24,000 bases of DNA from Spelaeicoccus albus (lineage in GTDB: Bacteria > Actinomycetota > Actinomycetes > Actinomycetales > Brevibacteriaceae), in NCBI RefSeq assembly GCF_013409065.1, contig NZ_JACBZP010000001.1, positions 2,776,518-2,800,517 on the forward strand. Direction: 5' to 3'. A program made the translations under genes and the position numbers. How positions within the stretch are numbered: position 1 is the first letter of the stretch; each line of letters opens with the position of its first letter. The notes under the pieces were generated by a model that had not been told where the DNA came from, searched no databases, and saw only the letters and a program-made list of their open reading frames with translations. This document shows, one piece after another, positions 1 through 11,376 of the stretch.

Positions 1-225
1 TATTTGACGGCGTCGTCCACCGTAGCGAGATCCTTGACCTTGTCGTCGGGAATCTTCACGCTGAACTTTTCTTCGGCGTTGACCACGATGGTCATCATCG
101 AGATCGAGTCGATGTCCAGATCGTCGACGAACGACTTGTCCGGCTCGACGGCTTCGACGGCCAGACCGGTCTCTTCATTGACGATTTCGGCGAGGCCGCT
201 GAGGATTTCTTCTTCGGAATATGCC
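1..225 (-). CDS. acpP: Acyl carrier protein, 3' part beyond left window edge
   Basis: Reverse-strand reading from ATG at 225 gives MAYSEEEILSGLAEIVNEETGLAVEAVEPDKSFVDDLDIDSISMMTIVVNAEEKFSVKIPDDKVKDLATVDDAVKY; contains an ACP phosphopantetheine attachment motif (D-[IL]-D-S) and sits next to fabH. Absent from the ORF track because it is truncated. Confidence 0.95.
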
Positions 226-307
226 ATTGTGCTTCCTTTATCTTGTGGTCGTGCGTGTTATTCGCGATTGCTTTATTACTGTGGTGAACAAGTCCCCGGG
301 AGGGATA

Positions 308-1327
308 CTACGGCAGCACCACCACTTGTGCGCCATAGACAAGCCCGGCACCGAAGCCGATTTGCAAAGCAAGTCCTCCGTGCAAGCTTGGGTTTTCACG
401 CAGCAGGCGCTCCGTGGCCAAGGGAATCGAGGCCGCCGACGTATTTCCATTATCGGCGATATCGCGGCCGATCGTGACATGGTCGGGCAGTTTCAATTGC
501 TTGGCCAGTTCGTCGATGATGCGCATGTTCGCCTGGTGAGGGATGAACGCGCTGAGATCGGATGCTTTGATGCCGGCGACCTCGAGCGCTTCCTTGGCGA
601 CCTTGGCCATGTCCCAGACCGCCCATCGGAAGACCGTGGGCCCCTCCTGGCGGAGTGTCGGCCACGGCGTGTCCTTGTCGTCGCGCCAGTCGAGGCTGGA
701 CGACGTGACGCTGATCGTGTCCCAATTCTCACCCTTGGAACCCCACACGCTCGGCGCAATCCCGGGCGTGTCGCTTCGAGCAATTACTACGGCGCCGGCG
801 CCATCGCCCAGCAGGAATGAAATGGTGCGGTCGGTCGGATCGATGAAGTCGGAAAGCTTCTCCACGCCGATGACCAGGATGTTATCGGCCGCTCCGGCAC
901 GGACCATCGCGTCGGCCTGGGCGATTCCGTAGCAGTATCCGGCACACGCGGCCGAGATGTCCCACGCCGGAACGGGACCGGTACCAAGCTTTGCCGTCAA
1001 GAACGAAGCGGCGGACGGCGTCGGGTACGGAAATGTGACAGTGGCAACAAGAATCGCGCCGATGTCCGCCGGTGCCAGTCCGGCGTTGGCGATGGCTTCG
1101 ATTGCCGCCTCTTCAGCCATGTCGACGACGCCGACGTCCTTGGGGGCGCGACTGCGGGTGATGATACCGGTGCGCTGACGAATCCACTCGTCGGAGGAAT
1201 CGATGGCTTCGACCAATTCGGAATTCGGCACCGACTGTTCGCCGCGGCTGCCGCCGATTCCCACGATGCGCGAGTGCTTGGCGGTCTTCATCTGGGAAAG
1301 CGTCGGCTGATGGTGCAAAAGACTCAT
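308..1327 (-). CDS. fabH: Beta-ketoacyl-ACP synthase III
   Basis: 339-aa ORF with DISAACAGYCYG (active-site Cys), HQANMRI and GNTSAASIP motifs; ATGA overlap with the upstream fabD stop. Alternative start at Met13 (about 1291). Confidence 0.95.
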   Translation of the reverse strand: MSLLHHQPTLSQMKTAKHSRIVGIGGSRGEQSVPNSELVEAIDSSDEWIRQRTGIITRSRAPKDVGVVDMAEEAAIEAIANAGLAPADIGAILVATVTFPYPTPSAASFLTAKLGTGPVPAWDISAACAGYCYGIAQADAMVRAGAADNILVIGVEKLSDFIDPTDRTISFLLGDGAGAVVIARSDTPGIAPSVWGSKGENWDTISVTSSSLDWRDDKDTPWPTLRQEGPTVFRWAVWDMAKVAKEALEVAGIKASDLSAFIPHQANMRIIDELAKQLKLPDHVTIGRDIADNGNTSAASIPLATERLLRENPSLHGGLALQIGFGAGLVYGAQVVVLP

Positions 1328-2256
1328 GAGCGGTCCTCAGGGTGGATGTGCCGCGCGACGAATTCGCGGGCCGAATCAAGGTCGTCCGCCGAATTCAGCG
1401 AAAACCGTTCGACGTCCTTCAAGCCGCGCTTGGCCAAGCCGCTCAATGTGCCGGCAGGAGGTAACTCGAGCAGTCCGGTCACGCCGGCTCCGGCCATCGT
1501 CTCCATACACAGATCCCAGCGGACCGGATTGGCCACTTGCGTCACGAGACTGGCCAAATAGTCCCGGCCGGAGTTGACGGTTCGGCCGTCCGCGTTCGAC
1601 AAGAGCGGCACCGACGGATCGGCGACGGACATGCCGGCGGAGATCGCGGACAGTCGCTCTTTCGCCGGCGCCATGTGCTTGGTGTGGAAAGCGCCGGCGA
1701 CCTTGAGCGGCATGACGCGCGCTTTGGCGGGCGGATCGTCCTTCAGCGCGGCGAGTTCATCGAGTGTGCCGGCCGCGACCGTCTGCCCGCCGCCGTTCGC
1801 ATTGGCCGCCGTGAGACCGTGGCGGGCAAGCGTGTCCGCCACGTCGTTTGGTTCACCGCCGAGCACGGCGCTCATACCAGTCGGTACTTCGGCGGCCGCC
1901 GCGGCCATCCGGGCACCGCGTTCGCGCACGAACACCATCGCCTGTTCGGCCGTGAGTACGCCGGCGAACGCCGCCGCGGCGATTTCGCCGACCGAATGGC
2001 CGGCCGTGATGCCGGCGCGGTCGCCGTCGCCGAGAAGCACGTCGGCTGCCAAGATCCCGGAAGCGACGAGCAACGGCTGCGCGATTGCCGTGTCCTTGAT
2101 GGTCTCTTCGTCGGATTCGGTGCCGTGTGCGACCAGATCGATGTCGGCGACTGCCGACAACCAGGTCAACCGGTCACGGAATCCGGGAACCTCGAGCCAG
2201 CTACTCAAGAAGCCCGGCTTTTGGGAGCCTTGGCCCGGGAAAACTAATGCAAGCAC
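1324..2256 (-). CDS. fabD: Malonyl-CoA:ACP transacylase
   Basis: 310 aa; GTG start; LVFPGQGSQKPGF, GHSVGEIAAA (active-site Ser) and AFHTKHM motifs; in cluster with fabH/acpP. Confidence 0.95.
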   Translation of the reverse strand: MLALVFPGQGSQKPGFLSSWLEVPGFRDRLTWLSAVADIDLVAHGTESDEETIKDTAIAQPLLVASGILAADVLLGDGDRAGITAGHSVGEIAAAAFAGVLTAEQAMVFVRERGARMAAAAAEVPTGMSAVLGGEPNDVADTLARHGLTAANANGGGQTVAAGTLDELAALKDDPPAKARVMPLKVAGAFHTKHMAPAKERLSAISAGMSVADPSVPLLSNADGRTVNSGRDYLASLVTQVANPVRWDLCMETMAGAGVTGLLELPPAGTLSGLAKRGLKDVERFSLNSADDLDSAREFVARHIHPEDRS

Positions 2257-2302
2257 TATCCAACCTTCTCTTGTGGGACGCGGACGACCTCGATAACGAC
2301 AG

Positions 2303-3580
2303 CTACCAACCTTGGGTGGAAGTTTTGGAGGGTGTGGACAAGGCGCCCTGTTGTTTCAACCGGCCGAGGACAAGCGCCGTTCGGACAACGTACGATTCGC
2401 GTGCGGCGGTCGGGTCCCAGCCGGAGACATCCGTTGCTTTGCGCAATCGGTATCGAACGGTGTTCGGGTGCACGAAAAGCTCCCGGGCAGTGGCTTCAAG
2501 AGAGTTCCCGCACTCGAGATAAATGGTCACGGTGTCCAATAGACTGCCGCCGGCATCGTCCAGCGGTGCGTAGATGCGGTCGATCAGTTCCCGGACGGCG
2601 ACGCGGTCACCCGCCAAAGCCCGTTCCGGCCACAAATCGTCGGCCGAGACGGGCCGCGGCGCGCCGGGCCAACCGCCGACCGCGTGCCGACCGGCGAACG
2701 CGGCGGCCGCCGACGTACCGGCTTCGGCCAGCGAGGGGACAACCGGGCCGAGCACCACTTGGCTCGGACCGAATTTGTCGGCAAGCGCGGCGGCCGCCGT
2801 GCGGAAGTCCTTGGCTCCGCCCAGGACGACGATGAGCCTGTTTTCCTGGATGCCCACGAGCGCATCCTCGGCAACGCGGCGCGCCGAGCGCCGAAGGTCG
2901 TCGGTCAATTGCGGGGTGGGTCGGAACGGCGCCTGCCCGACTATTACTGCTACTTCGCCGACCGAACGCCAGCCAAGCGCGGCGGTGCGGGACGTCAGGG
3001 CATCGACCGATTCACCGCGGACCAGGGCGTCGACGACGAGCGCTTCCAGGCGAGCGTCCCAATTGCCGCGGGCTTCGGCTGCTCGGGCGTACACATCGGC
3101 TGCGGCAAAGGCTACCTCGCGAGAGAACAACAGAACCGCTTCGCGCAAGGACTGGTCCTCGTCGCCTTTGCCGAGGTCCGGCACGCGTTCTTCGACCACT
3201 TCGACGACGACGCGAACGAGCTGGAGGGTTTGCTGCAGCGTGATGGCGCGCGTCAATTCACGCGGCGCCGTACCGAAGATATCGGCCACGACCCAGAGCG
3301 GGGCGTCGGGTTTGCGGTACCAGTCGACGAATGACGTGATCCCCGCCTGAGCGACGAGTCCGACCCACGACCGATCAGCCGGCTGCATTGCCCGATACCA
3401 CGGCAACGTCGAATCGAGTCGTTGAAGCGTTGCGGTGGACAGCTCGCCGATACCGGCCTTGAGGCGTCGTCCGGTGGCGGCGCGGTGACGGAGGGTGTCG
3501 CGGCCGCGACTTGCCGAGTCGGCTGCGCTGCGCTTCCCGGGGGCCTTTGCAGACTTCGGGCGCGCGGTGTTTTCGGGCAT
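2303..3580 (-). CDS. PucR/CdaR-type transcriptional regulator with C-terminal HTH, FasR-like
   Basis: The ORF track shows 504 aa, but the upstream extension crosses a repeat region; likely start is MPENTARPKSAK at 3580. C-terminus TVTIYLECGNSLEATARELFVHPNTVRYRLRKATDVSGWDP is the typical PucR HTH. Located directly upstream of fabD, as is Streptomyces FasR. Confidence 0.85.
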   Translation of the reverse strand: MPENTARPKSAKAPGKRSAADSASRGRDTLRHRAATGRRLKAGIGELSTATLQRLDSTLPWYRAMQPADRSWVGLVAQAGITSFVDWYRKPDAPLWVVADIFGTAPRELTRAITLQQTLQLVRVVVEVVEERVPDLGKGDEDQSLREAVLLFSREVAFAAADVYARAAEARGNWDARLEALVVDALVRGESVDALTSRTAALGWRSVGEVAVIVGQAPFRPTPQLTDDLRRSARRVAEDALVGIQENRLIVVLGGAKDFRTAAAALADKFGPSQVVLGPVVPSLAEAGTSAAAAFAGRHAVGGWPGAPRPVSADDLWPERALAGDRVAVRELIDRIYAPLDDAGGSLLDTVTIYLECGNSLEATARELFVHPNTVRYRLRKATDVSGWDPTAARESYVVRTALVLGRLKQQGALSTPSKTSTQGW

Positions 3581-3719
3581 GGTCAGATCATAGTTGGTGA
3601 TTGTAGTGAATCCACAATCGTGGTGGGGATTCCGACAAAACGGAAGGCACCGGGAGGCCCTCGCCGCCGTCAGTATCGCCGCAGCCCGCGCCGAGTGGTG
3701 GCCAGTGGCTGTCCGCTCG

Positions 3720-3782
3720 CGCCGAGTGGTGGCGAATGGCTGCGAAATCATTGATTTCGCAGCCATTCGCCACCACTCGGCG
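3720..3782. repeat. Perfect inverted repeat, 31-nt arms with 1-nt centre
   Basis: CGCCGAGTGGTGGCGAATGGCTGCGAAATCA-T-TGATTTCGCAGCCATTCGCCACCACTCGGCG read directly. Flanked by partial copies at 3689-3711 (CGCCGAGTGGTGGCCAGTGGCTG) and 3804-3820 (CCATTCGCCACCACTCG). Confidence 0.95.
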
Positions 3783-3840
3783 GGCGGGGCGGGGCGGCAA
3801 CGACCATTCGCCACCACTCGATCCGGGGCGAGCCGGGAGT

Positions 3841-6597
3841 CTAGGAGTCGCCGCCGCCGTTGCCGGACGAACCGGCAGTCGCATCGTGCAGACGGTACTT
3901 CTCGACGGCCTCGGCAGCCTGCGCCCGATCGATGGCGCCGGCATTGGCCAGCGACAACAGTGCGCGGACGACGACGGACGGCCCGTCGATCTTGTAATGA
4001 CGCCGCGCGGCCGAGCGGGTATCCGAGATCGCGAAATCGTCGGCGCCCAGCGACTGGAAGTCGGCCGGCACATACTGCCTGATCTGATCCGGGACGGCGC
4101 GCATATAGTCGCTCACGGCCACGACGGGACCGTCGGCGTCCTGCAGCTTCTGCGTCACATACGGCACGCGCTGCTCGGCGGTCGGATCAAGCAGTTGCGC
4201 CGATTCGGCCTCCATTCCGTCGCGCCGAAGTTCGTTCCACGACGTGACCGACCAGACGTCGGCACGCACGCCCCAGTCGTCCCTGAGCAGCTGCTGGGCC
4301 TCGAGCGCCCACGCCATGGCGACGCCGGACGCCAGCAGCTGGACTGCCGGGCCGGAGCCCTCGCCCGGGGCAAGCAGGTAGATGCCCTTCAACAAGCCTT
4401 CAACGTCGAGATTCTCCGGCTCCTTGGGCTGAACGATCGGCTCGTTGTACAAGGTGATGTAGTACATCTTGTTCGGGTCCTGGCGTGGATCGTCCGGATC
4501 GTACATCCGGGCCAGGCCGTCTTTCATGATGTGGCCGATCTCGTACCCGTAAGCCGGGTCGTACGTGATAACGGCCGGGTTCGTCGAGGCAAGCAGCGGC
4601 GAATGGCCGTCGCCGTGTTGCAAGCCCTCACCCGTCAGCGTCGTCCGGCCGGCCGTGGCGCCGAGGATGAATCCTCGCGACATCTGGTCGCCGGCAGCCC
4701 ACATGGCATCGCCGGTGCGTTGGAATCCGAACATCGAATAAAAGATGTAGATCGGGATCATCGGCTCGCCGAGCGTCGAGTACGCAGTGGCCGCGGCCGT
4801 GAACCCGGCCATGGCCCCGGCTTCGCTGATGCCCACGTGCATGATCTGTCCGCTCTTGGATTCCTTGTACGCCAAGAACAATTCGCGGTCGACCGACACG
4901 TAGTTCTGGCCGTGCGGGTTGTAGATCTTCGCGGTCGGGAAGAACGAGTCCATGCCGAACGTGCGCGCTTCGTCCGGAACAATCGGCACGATGCGCTTGC
5001 CGAACTCCTTGTCGCGCATCAGATCCTTGAGCAGACGGACGAACGCCATGGTGGTGGCGATCTCCTGTTTGCCGGAACCGCGGGCCACCACCTCGTACGA
5101 CTTGTCGCCGGGTAGGGCCAGCTGCTTATGTTCGGTTGACCGGGCCGGCTGCGCGCCGCCGAGCCGTTCGCGGCGTTCCAGCAGGTACTTGATTTCCGGA
5201 GCGTCGGGGCCGGGGTTGTAGTACGGCGGCAGATATGGGTCGGCCTCGAGCTCGGAGTCGCTGATCGGGATCGACAAGTGATCGCGCAGCAGCTTCAGGT
5301 CGTCGAGCGTGAGCTTCTTCATCTGGTGCGTCGCATTGCGTGCTTCGAAGTGCGGCCCGAGGCCGTACCCCTTGACGGTCTTGACGAGGATGACAGTCGG
5401 CTCACCGGAGTGCTCGACCGCAGCCTTGTAGGCCGCGTACACCTTGCGGTAGTCGTGGCCGCCGCGCTTGAGGTTCCAGATCTTCTCATCGGAGTAGTCG
5501 TGCACCATCTGCTTGGTGCGCGGATCGCGGCCGAAGAAGTTGTCGCGCACGAACGCGCCCGACTCGCCCTTGTAAGTCTGATAATCGCCGTCCGGCGTCG
5601 CGTTCATCAGATTCACGAGCGCACCATCGCGGTCGGCGGCCAGCAGCGGATCCCATTCACGGCCCCACACGACTTTGATGACGTTCCACCCGGCGCCGCG
5701 GAAGTACGATTCCAGTTCCTGGATGATCTTGCCGTTGCCGCGGACCGGCCCGTCCAAGCGCTGCAGATTGCAATTGATGACGAACGTGAGATTGTCGAGA
5801 CCGTTGGTGGCCGCGGTCTGCAACAGCCCGCGGCTTTCCGGTTCGTCCATTTCGCCGTCGCCCAGAAATGCCCACACGTGCTGGTCCGACGTGTCCTTGA
5901 TTCCGCGGCCGTCGACGTATTTGTTGAACAGTGCCTGGTAGATGGCGTTCATCGGGCCGATGCCCATCGATACCGTCGGGAATTGCCAGAACTCCGGCAT
6001 GTGCCGCGGATGCGGATAGGACGGAAGTCCCGGCTTGCCGTCGACGACGTGGGAAGCCTGCTGGCGGAATCCGTCGAGGTCCGATTCGCTCAACCGGCCT
6101 TCCAAGAACGCCCGGGCGTACATTCCCGGGGATGCGTGGCCTTGATAGAACACCTGGTCGCCGCCGCCAGGATGATCCTTGCCGCGGAAGAAGTGGTTCA
6201 TGCCCACCTCGTAGAGCGTTGCGGAGGAGGCATAGGTGGAGATGTGTCCGCCGACGCCGATACCGGGCCGCTGGGCGCGATGCACCATGACGGCGGCATT
6301 CCAGCGCAGCCATTTGCGGTACCGGCGTTCGACTTCCTCATCGCCCGGGAACCACGGTTCGAATTCGGGGCTGATCGTGTTGACGTAGTCGGTGGTCGTG
6401 ACGCTCGGCACGCCGACATTATTGATGCGGGCCTGCTGAAGCATGCTCAGCATCACGTAGCGCGCGCGGGAGCGTCCACGTTCGCTCACGAGCCCGTCGA
6501 ATGACTCGAGCCACTCGGCTGTCTCTTCGGGGTCGATGTCCGGAACCTGGCTCGGCAGGCCGTTCAGGATGGGCCCTGCGTCGTCGCGTGTAGCCAC
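3841..6597 (-). CDS. aceE: Pyruvate dehydrogenase E1 component, homodimeric type
   Basis: Full-length AceE-like protein ([40 protein letters not shown] thiamine-PP motif, [19 protein letters not shown]). Likely GTG start at 6597 preceded by GAGAGGAAACC; the track extends to 6630. Confidence 0.95.
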   Translation of the reverse strand: MATRDDAGPILNGLPSQVPDIDPEETAEWLESFDGLVSERGRSRARYVMLSMLQQARINNVGVPSVTTTDYVNTISPEFEPWFPGDEEVERRYRKWLRWNAAVMVHRAQRPGIGVGGHISTYASSATLYEVGMNHFFRGKDHPGGGDQVFYQGHASPGMYARAFLEGRLSESDLDGFRQQASHVVDGKPGLPSYPHPRHMPEFWQFPTVSMGIGPMNAIYQALFNKYVDGRGIKDTSDQHVWAFLGDGEMDEPESRGLLQTAATNGLDNLTFVINCNLQRLDGPVRGNGKIIQELESYFRGAGWNVIKVVWGREWDPLLAADRDGALVNLMNATPDGDYQTYKGESGAFVRDNFFGRDPRTKQMVHDYSDEKIWNLKRGGHDYRKVYAAYKAAVEHSGEPTVILVKTVKGYGLGPHFEARNATHQMKKLTLDDLKLLRDHLSIPISDSELEADPYLPPYYNPGPDAPEIKYLLERRERLGGAQPARSTEHKQLALPGDKSYEVVARGSGKQEIATTMAFVRLLKDLMRDKEFGKRIVPIVPDEARTFGMDSFFPTAKIYNPHGQNYVSVDRELFLAYKESKSGQIMHVGISEAGAMAGFTAAATAYSTLGEPMIPIYIFYSMFGFQRTGDAMWAAGDQMSRGFILGATAGRTTLTGEGLQHGDGHSPLLASTNPAVITYDPAYGYEIGHIMKDGLARMYDPDDPRQDPNKMYYITLYNEPIVQPKEPENLDVEGLLKGIYLLAPGEGSGPAVQLLASGVAMAWALEAQQLLRDDWGVRADVWSVTSWNELRRDGMEAESAQLLDPTAEQRVPYVTQKLQDADGPVVAVSDYMRAVPDQIRQYVPADFQSLGADDFAISDTRSAARRHYKIDGPSVVVRALLSLANAGAIDRAQAAEAVEKYRLHDATAGSSGNGGGDS

Positions 6598-6896
6598 TCG
6601 GTTTCCTCTCGTAATTCGCGCTGGGGTCACCCGCGTCAGCTGTCAGGAAGTCGGCGCCCGGATGGTGTACGCGCACGCCGCACCCTCTATCGTTCCACTT
6701 ACCGGGCCGGGAACGAAACGCAGCCCGCGGTCGCGCCCGCCTGAGTGGGCACGGCGCGGGCGGGTGAATGGGTACGGCACGAGCAGCTGAATCGGCTTCA
6801 ATCGGTCGATTTACGTGCCGGGTGATCCGGACGGCGTGCGAGCGGGACGGCATCCGGCATACAGTGTTGCTAACTCTTGACGAAAGGAAGCGATAA

Positions 6897-7322
6897 GTGA
6901 GCGGGACTAGCTCCGCCCCGAACGCGGAGAAAAATCTGGCCGAACAACTCGGGTTCAAACCCGGCCAAATCGTTCAGGAATTCGGGTACGACGACGATGT
7001 GGACTTCGATTTGCGGGAGTCGATCGAAGCCGTGATCGGAGCCGAACTCGAAGACGAGGACTATGCGGACGTCGTTGACGCCGCAGTCTTGTGGTGGCGC
7101 GACGATGACGACGATCTGATCGATGGTCTCGTCGATGCGCTGACGGCGCTCGACGACGGGGGAGTGGTGTGGCTGTTCACTCCGAAGCCCGGGCGCGACG
7201 GGCACGTGCCCCCGGGTGAAATCTCCGAATCGGCGCCGACTGCGGGTTTGCACGTCACCTCGACCGTGAGCGCTTCTCCGGATTGGTCGGGTACCCGCTT
7301 GGTGAACCGCAAGATGAACTGA
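6897..7322 (+). CDS. DUF3052 family protein
   Basis: 141 aa, GTG start after GAAAGGAAG; LGFKPGQIVQEFGYDDDVD...DDDDLIDGLVDALTALDDGGVVWLFTPKPGRDGHVPPGEISESAPTAGLHVTS is characteristic; position next to aceE is typical in actinobacteria. Confidence 0.85.
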   Translation: MSGTSSAPNAEKNLAEQLGFKPGQIVQEFGYDDDVDFDLRESIEAVIGAELEDEDYADVVDAAVLWWRDDDDDLIDGLVDALTALDDGGVVWLFTPKPGRDGHVPPGEISESAPTAGLHVTSTVSASPDWSGTRLVNRKMN

Positions 7323-7813
7323 TGCGCGAACTGGTCGGCTCACCGGCTCCGTTCTTCGCCCTCGACGATCAATTCGGACAGCGGCACACGCCGGGCGACT
7401 ACGCTGGCACGTCATTGCTGATCGTGTTCTTTCCTTTTGCGTTCTCACCTATCTGCAGTTCCGAAATGGGTGAATTGAACGAGCTGGCCGGCGAGGCCGA
7501 GGGCCGCGGCGGCTGGTCGGTCGTGTGCATCTCCGCCGATTCGAAATACGCGCTGCGCGAATTCGGCGATTCCCACGAGTTGTCGCTGACGATGCTCAGC
7601 GACTTCTGGCCGCACGGCGCCGCATCCGCCCGATACGGCGCTTTCGATGCCGCAAGCGGGCGTGCCGGGCGCGGAACCGTCGTCATCGCCCCGGACGGAA
7701 TCATCGACCAGGCCGAACTGTCCGACGCCGGGCATGCCCGAGACCTGGCAGGCTGGGTGCGAAGAGCTCGGACAATCGGCCTCGAATCGGGCTCGGCCGG
7801 TCGATCGGCGTGA
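7322..7813 (+). CDS. AhpE-type peroxiredoxin
   Basis: ATGA overlap with DUF3052 stop gives ATG at 7322 (track start 7283 is probably too early). FFALDDQFGQ...LLIVFFPFAFSPICSSEMGELNEL contains the thioredoxin-fold peroxidatic Cys region. Confidence 0.85.
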   Translation: MRELVGSPAPFFALDDQFGQRHTPGDYAGTSLLIVFFPFAFSPICSSEMGELNELAGEAEGRGGWSVVCISADSKYALREFGDSHELSLTMLSDFWPHGAASARYGAFDAASGRAGRGTVVIAPDGIIDQAELSDAGHARDLAGWVRRARTIGLESGSAGRSA

Positions 7814-8058
7814 CGCGGCGGTGTCGCCTGCCGGCCGTTCCGACGCCGACTTTGCGTCGTGAAGGCACCCGCGACATGCCGAAATCGAGCTTCTTCAAAA
7901 TTCTTATATAACTTTAAGATAACGGCGTCATTGCAGGTCAGCGCAATATAGTCTCTCTATGTTGCGATTAGGTAACGAACGAGGTTGAACTCTTGACTAT
8001 CGTTCGCAGTTGATTGCTTGTACAGTCGGATGTGGCCGCAATTCATAGACGGCCGTTC

Positions 8059-8129
8059 GAAGAGAATTTGTTCTCTTCACGACATACCAACCGACGCTGC
8101 CGTACACCTCACGTCGTCCGCACGGCAGC
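8059..8129 (+). other. Two potential hairpins in the 5' region of rpf
   Basis: GAAGAGAA-TTTG-TTCTCTTC (8059-8078, 8-bp perfect stem) and GCTGCCGT-18 nt-ACGGCAGC (8096-8129, 8-bp perfect stem). Confidence 0.5.
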
Positions 8130-8213
8130 CGTTTTGGAATTGCAAGTCAACCTGCATGGGAATGGACGACGGCGTGTGGAAGGTCGGGGACGGCCCGAGC
8201 GTAGGTGTCCTAA

Positions 8214-8945
<732 letters not shown>

Positions 8946-8965
8946 GCAGCAGAACCCCCGCGAAT

Positions 8966-9013
8966 GGTGGATAGGGGCCCGGTTACCCGTCGGTAACCGG
9001 GCACCTGTCCACC
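8966..9013. terminator. Palindrome between convergent rpf and ribH, candidate bidirectional terminator
   Basis: GGTGGATAGGGGCCCGGTTACC-CGTC-GGTAACCGGGCACCTGTCCACC: 22-nt arms, 20/22 complementary, including an 11-bp perfect inner stem. No convincing T-run. Confidence 0.65.
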
Positions 9014-9032
9014 TTTCGTCGTTGTAGCACGA

Positions 9033-9533
9033 TCAAGCGTGCAGGCGGTCGAGGGTCAAAGCCGTCACGATCGCGGCCTCGGCGGCTTCGGCGCCCTTGT
9101 CCTCGGATGATCCCGGCAGGCCGGCTCGATCGAGTGCCTGCTTTTCGTCGTCACACGTGAGCAGACCGAAACCGACGGGCACCCCGGTGTGCACCGAAAC
9201 CTCCGTCAATCCGTTCGTGGCGGCCTGGCACACGTAGTCGAAGTGCGGCGTCCCGCCACGGATGACGACGCCCAACGCCACTATGGCCTGATATTTCCGG
9301 CTCGCCAGTACGGCGGCCGCCACACTGAGCTCGAAGCTTCCGGGAACTCGGACCAGCTCGGGATCGAGCCCGGCCTCGACGCACACACGCTGCGCTCCGG
9401 CAATGAGGCCGTCCATCACCTCTTCATGCCAGCTGGCGGCGACGATCGCCACCCTCATACGCCGGGGGATCACCGTCCCGTCGTCCAACGTTCCGCGCGA
9501 GATCCGGCTGGCTGCCCGTCCGGCATTGCTCAT
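9033..9533 (-). CDS. ribH: 6,7-dimethyl-8-ribityllumazine synthase
   Basis: 166 aa; [67 protein letters not shown] motifs; last gene of rib operon. Confidence 0.96.
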   Translation of the reverse strand: MSNAGRAASRISRGTLDDGTVIPRRMRVAIVAASWHEEVMDGLIAGAQRVCVEAGLDPELVRVPGSFELSVAAAVLASRKYQAIVALGVVIRGGTPHFDYVCQAATNGLTEVSVHTGVPVGFGLLTCDDEKQALDRAGLPGSSEDKGAEAAEAAIVTALTLDRLHA

Positions 9534-10786
9534 GACACGTGCCTTTCCGTCGTCGACAGGTCGAGGGTATGTCCGAGCCTGTCGTGCTTTGTCTTGAGAT
9601 AGCGAAGATTCTCGGCCGTCACGTGGGCGGGCGTCCGGGCGACTTCGGCTACGTCGATCCCATCGGCGCGGAGCGTCCCTGCCTTGGCCGGGTTGTGCGT
9701 GAGCAACCGGATCCTCGTCGTGCCGAGGTCGCGGAGCATTGCCGATGCGGCGTGGTACTGACGAGAGTCGACCGGCAGGCCGAGCTCGGTGTTGGCATCG
9801 ACGGTGTCGAGCCCGGCGTCCTGCAGCGCATAGGCCTGGAGCTTGGCGAACAGGCCGATGCCGCGTCCCTCATGGCCGCGCAAGTAGACCACGGCGCCGC
9901 GGCCGAGTGCGGCGATCTCGGCCAACGCCGTGTCCAACTGCGCTCCGCAGTCGCACCGACGCGAGCCGAACACGTCGCCGGTGAGGCATTCCGAATGCAC
10001 GCGGACGGTTGTAGGCTCCGCCGATTCGGTCTCGAGGCCGAGGGTGATGGCCAGATGTTCGTCACCGGTTGACTGGTCGACGTACGCCGTCGCCTGGAAC
10101 GTCGTGGCCGGATTGCCGGCGGACGACGGCAGCGGCACCGTTGCGCCCCGGCGCAACGGCGATTCGACCCGATAGCGATGGGCGACCAGGTCGGCGATGG
10201 AGATCATCGCCAAGCCGTGCTCGTTGGCAAATTCGCGCGTGCTCGGCGCGTCCATGATCGAGCCGTCGTCGTTCGTCAGCTCGCCGATGACGCCGGCCGG
10301 TACGAGGCCGGCCAGCCGGGTGAGATCGACTGCCGCTTCCGTGTGGCCGCGCCGCTCGAACACGCCGTGCTGAGCGGCGCGAAGGGGGAAGACGTGGCCC
10401 GGCCGGGTAAGGTCGTGCGGATCGGTGTCGTCGGAGGCCAGCAGGTTGGCGGTGCGAGCGCGATCGGCTGCCGAGATCCCGGTGGTGATCCCGGCTCGGG
10501 CATCGACCGATACCGAATAGGCGGTGCCCTTCGGGTCTTCGTTGGCAGCGGTCATGGGCGGCAGCGCCAGGGCATCGAGCCGGCCGCCGGGCAACGGCGC
10601 GCAAAGGACGCCGGACGTGTACCGGATGAGGAATGCCACGGTCTCCGGAGTGGCCAGCTGCGCCGAGAGAATGAGATCGCCCTCGTTCTCGCGCCCGGCG
10701 TCGTCGACTACGGCGACGGGCTTCCCCGCGGCCAGGCTCGCCAAGGCGTCGTCCACGGTGTCCAACCGGACGTCGTCGGCCGTCAT
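9530..10786 (-). CDS. ribBA: Bifunctional 3,4-dihydroxy-2-butanone-4-phosphate synthase / GTP cyclohydrolase II
   Basis: Starts at [39 protein letters not shown] (RibB) and contains [21 protein letters not shown] and [10 protein letters not shown] (RibA). The 706-aa track ORF includes a spurious N-terminal extension over ribE. Confidence 0.95.
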   Translation of the reverse strand: MTADDVRLDTVDDALASLAAGKPVAVVDDAGRENEGDLILSAQLATPETVAFLIRYTSGVLCAPLPGGRLDALALPPMTAANEDPKGTAYSVSVDARAGITTGISAADRARTANLLASDDTDPHDLTRPGHVFPLRAAQHGVFERRGHTEAAVDLTRLAGLVPAGVIGELTNDDGSIMDAPSTREFANEHGLAMISIADLVAHRYRVESPLRRGATVPLPSSAGNPATTFQATAYVDQSTGDEHLAITLGLETESAEPTTVRVHSECLTGDVFGSRRCDCGAQLDTALAEIAALGRGAVVYLRGHEGRGIGLFAKLQAYALQDAGLDTVDANTELGLPVDSRQYHAASAMLRDLGTTRIRLLTHNPAKAGTLRADGIDVAEVARTPAHVTAENLRYLKTKHDRLGHTLDLSTTERHVS

Positions 10787-11376
10787 GACCGTGCTCCCAG
10801 CGACTCGATGTATTTGGCGAGGATATCCACTTCGAGATTGCAGATGTCGCCGGCGTCGCGGGCGCCCAGTGTCGTCTCGCTCAACGTTGTGGGAATCAGG
10901 CCGACGTCGAACCCGTCGGCAGTGACATGCGCGACCGTCAATGACACGCCGTCCACCGTTACGGAGCCCTTCTCGGCAATATACCGCCGGAGTTCGGCAG
11001 GAACGTCGAACGTGACGGTATCCCAGTTCTCGGCGCTCTGCCGGGAACGCAACATCGCGACGCCGTCCACGTGCCCCTGCACGATATGCCCGCCCAGCCG
11101 TTGGCCGACGGCGACGGCGCGCTCGAGGTTCACGCCGGAGCCCTCGGCCAGGCTGCCGAGGCTCGACCGGTCGAGCGATTCCTTCATCACGTCGACGCTG
11201 AACGAGGTCGGCGTGAAGTCGGTGACCGTGAGACAGACGCCGTTGACCGCAATGGAGTCGCCGTGTTTTGTGTCGTCGGTGACGGCGGCGCATTCGATGG
11301 TCATCCGGGCGCTGTCGCCGGCCTGCGAGTCGATCCGTCGGACGCGTCCGACTTCTTCTACTATTCCGGTGAACAC
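10783..11376 (-). CDS. ribE: Riboflavin synthase alpha chain
   Basis: MFTGIVEEVGRV; internal duplicated barrel motif (GDSIAVNGVCLTVT / GSVTVDGVSLTVA); overlaps ribBA start; GTG start. Confidence 0.95.
   Translation of the reverse strand: MFTGIVEEVGRVRRIDSQAGDSARMTIECAAVTDDTKHGDSIAVNGVCLTVTDFTPTSFSVDVMKESLDRSSLGSLAEGSGVNLERAVAVGQRLGGHIVQGHVDGVAMLRSRQSAENWDTVTFDVPAELRRYIAEKGSVTVDGVSLTVAHVTADGFDVGLIPTTLSETTLGARDAGDICNLEVDILAKYIESLGARS

Noticed and set aside
3581-3817. N-terminal extension of the PucR-like ORF through the palindromic repeats
   Set aside because: The extension encodes repeat-derived, non-family sequence; the internal ATG at 3580 fits the expected protein better.
3689-3820. CRISPR array or insertion-sequence terminal inverted repeats
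   Set aside because: Copies are in mixed orientation with no regular spacers, and no transposase or cas gene is nearby.
5278-6504. 408-aa plus-strand ORF (and the 3736..5115 ORF) antisense to aceE
   Set aside because: Shadow ORFs of aceE; composition is atypical and no recognisable family motifs are present.
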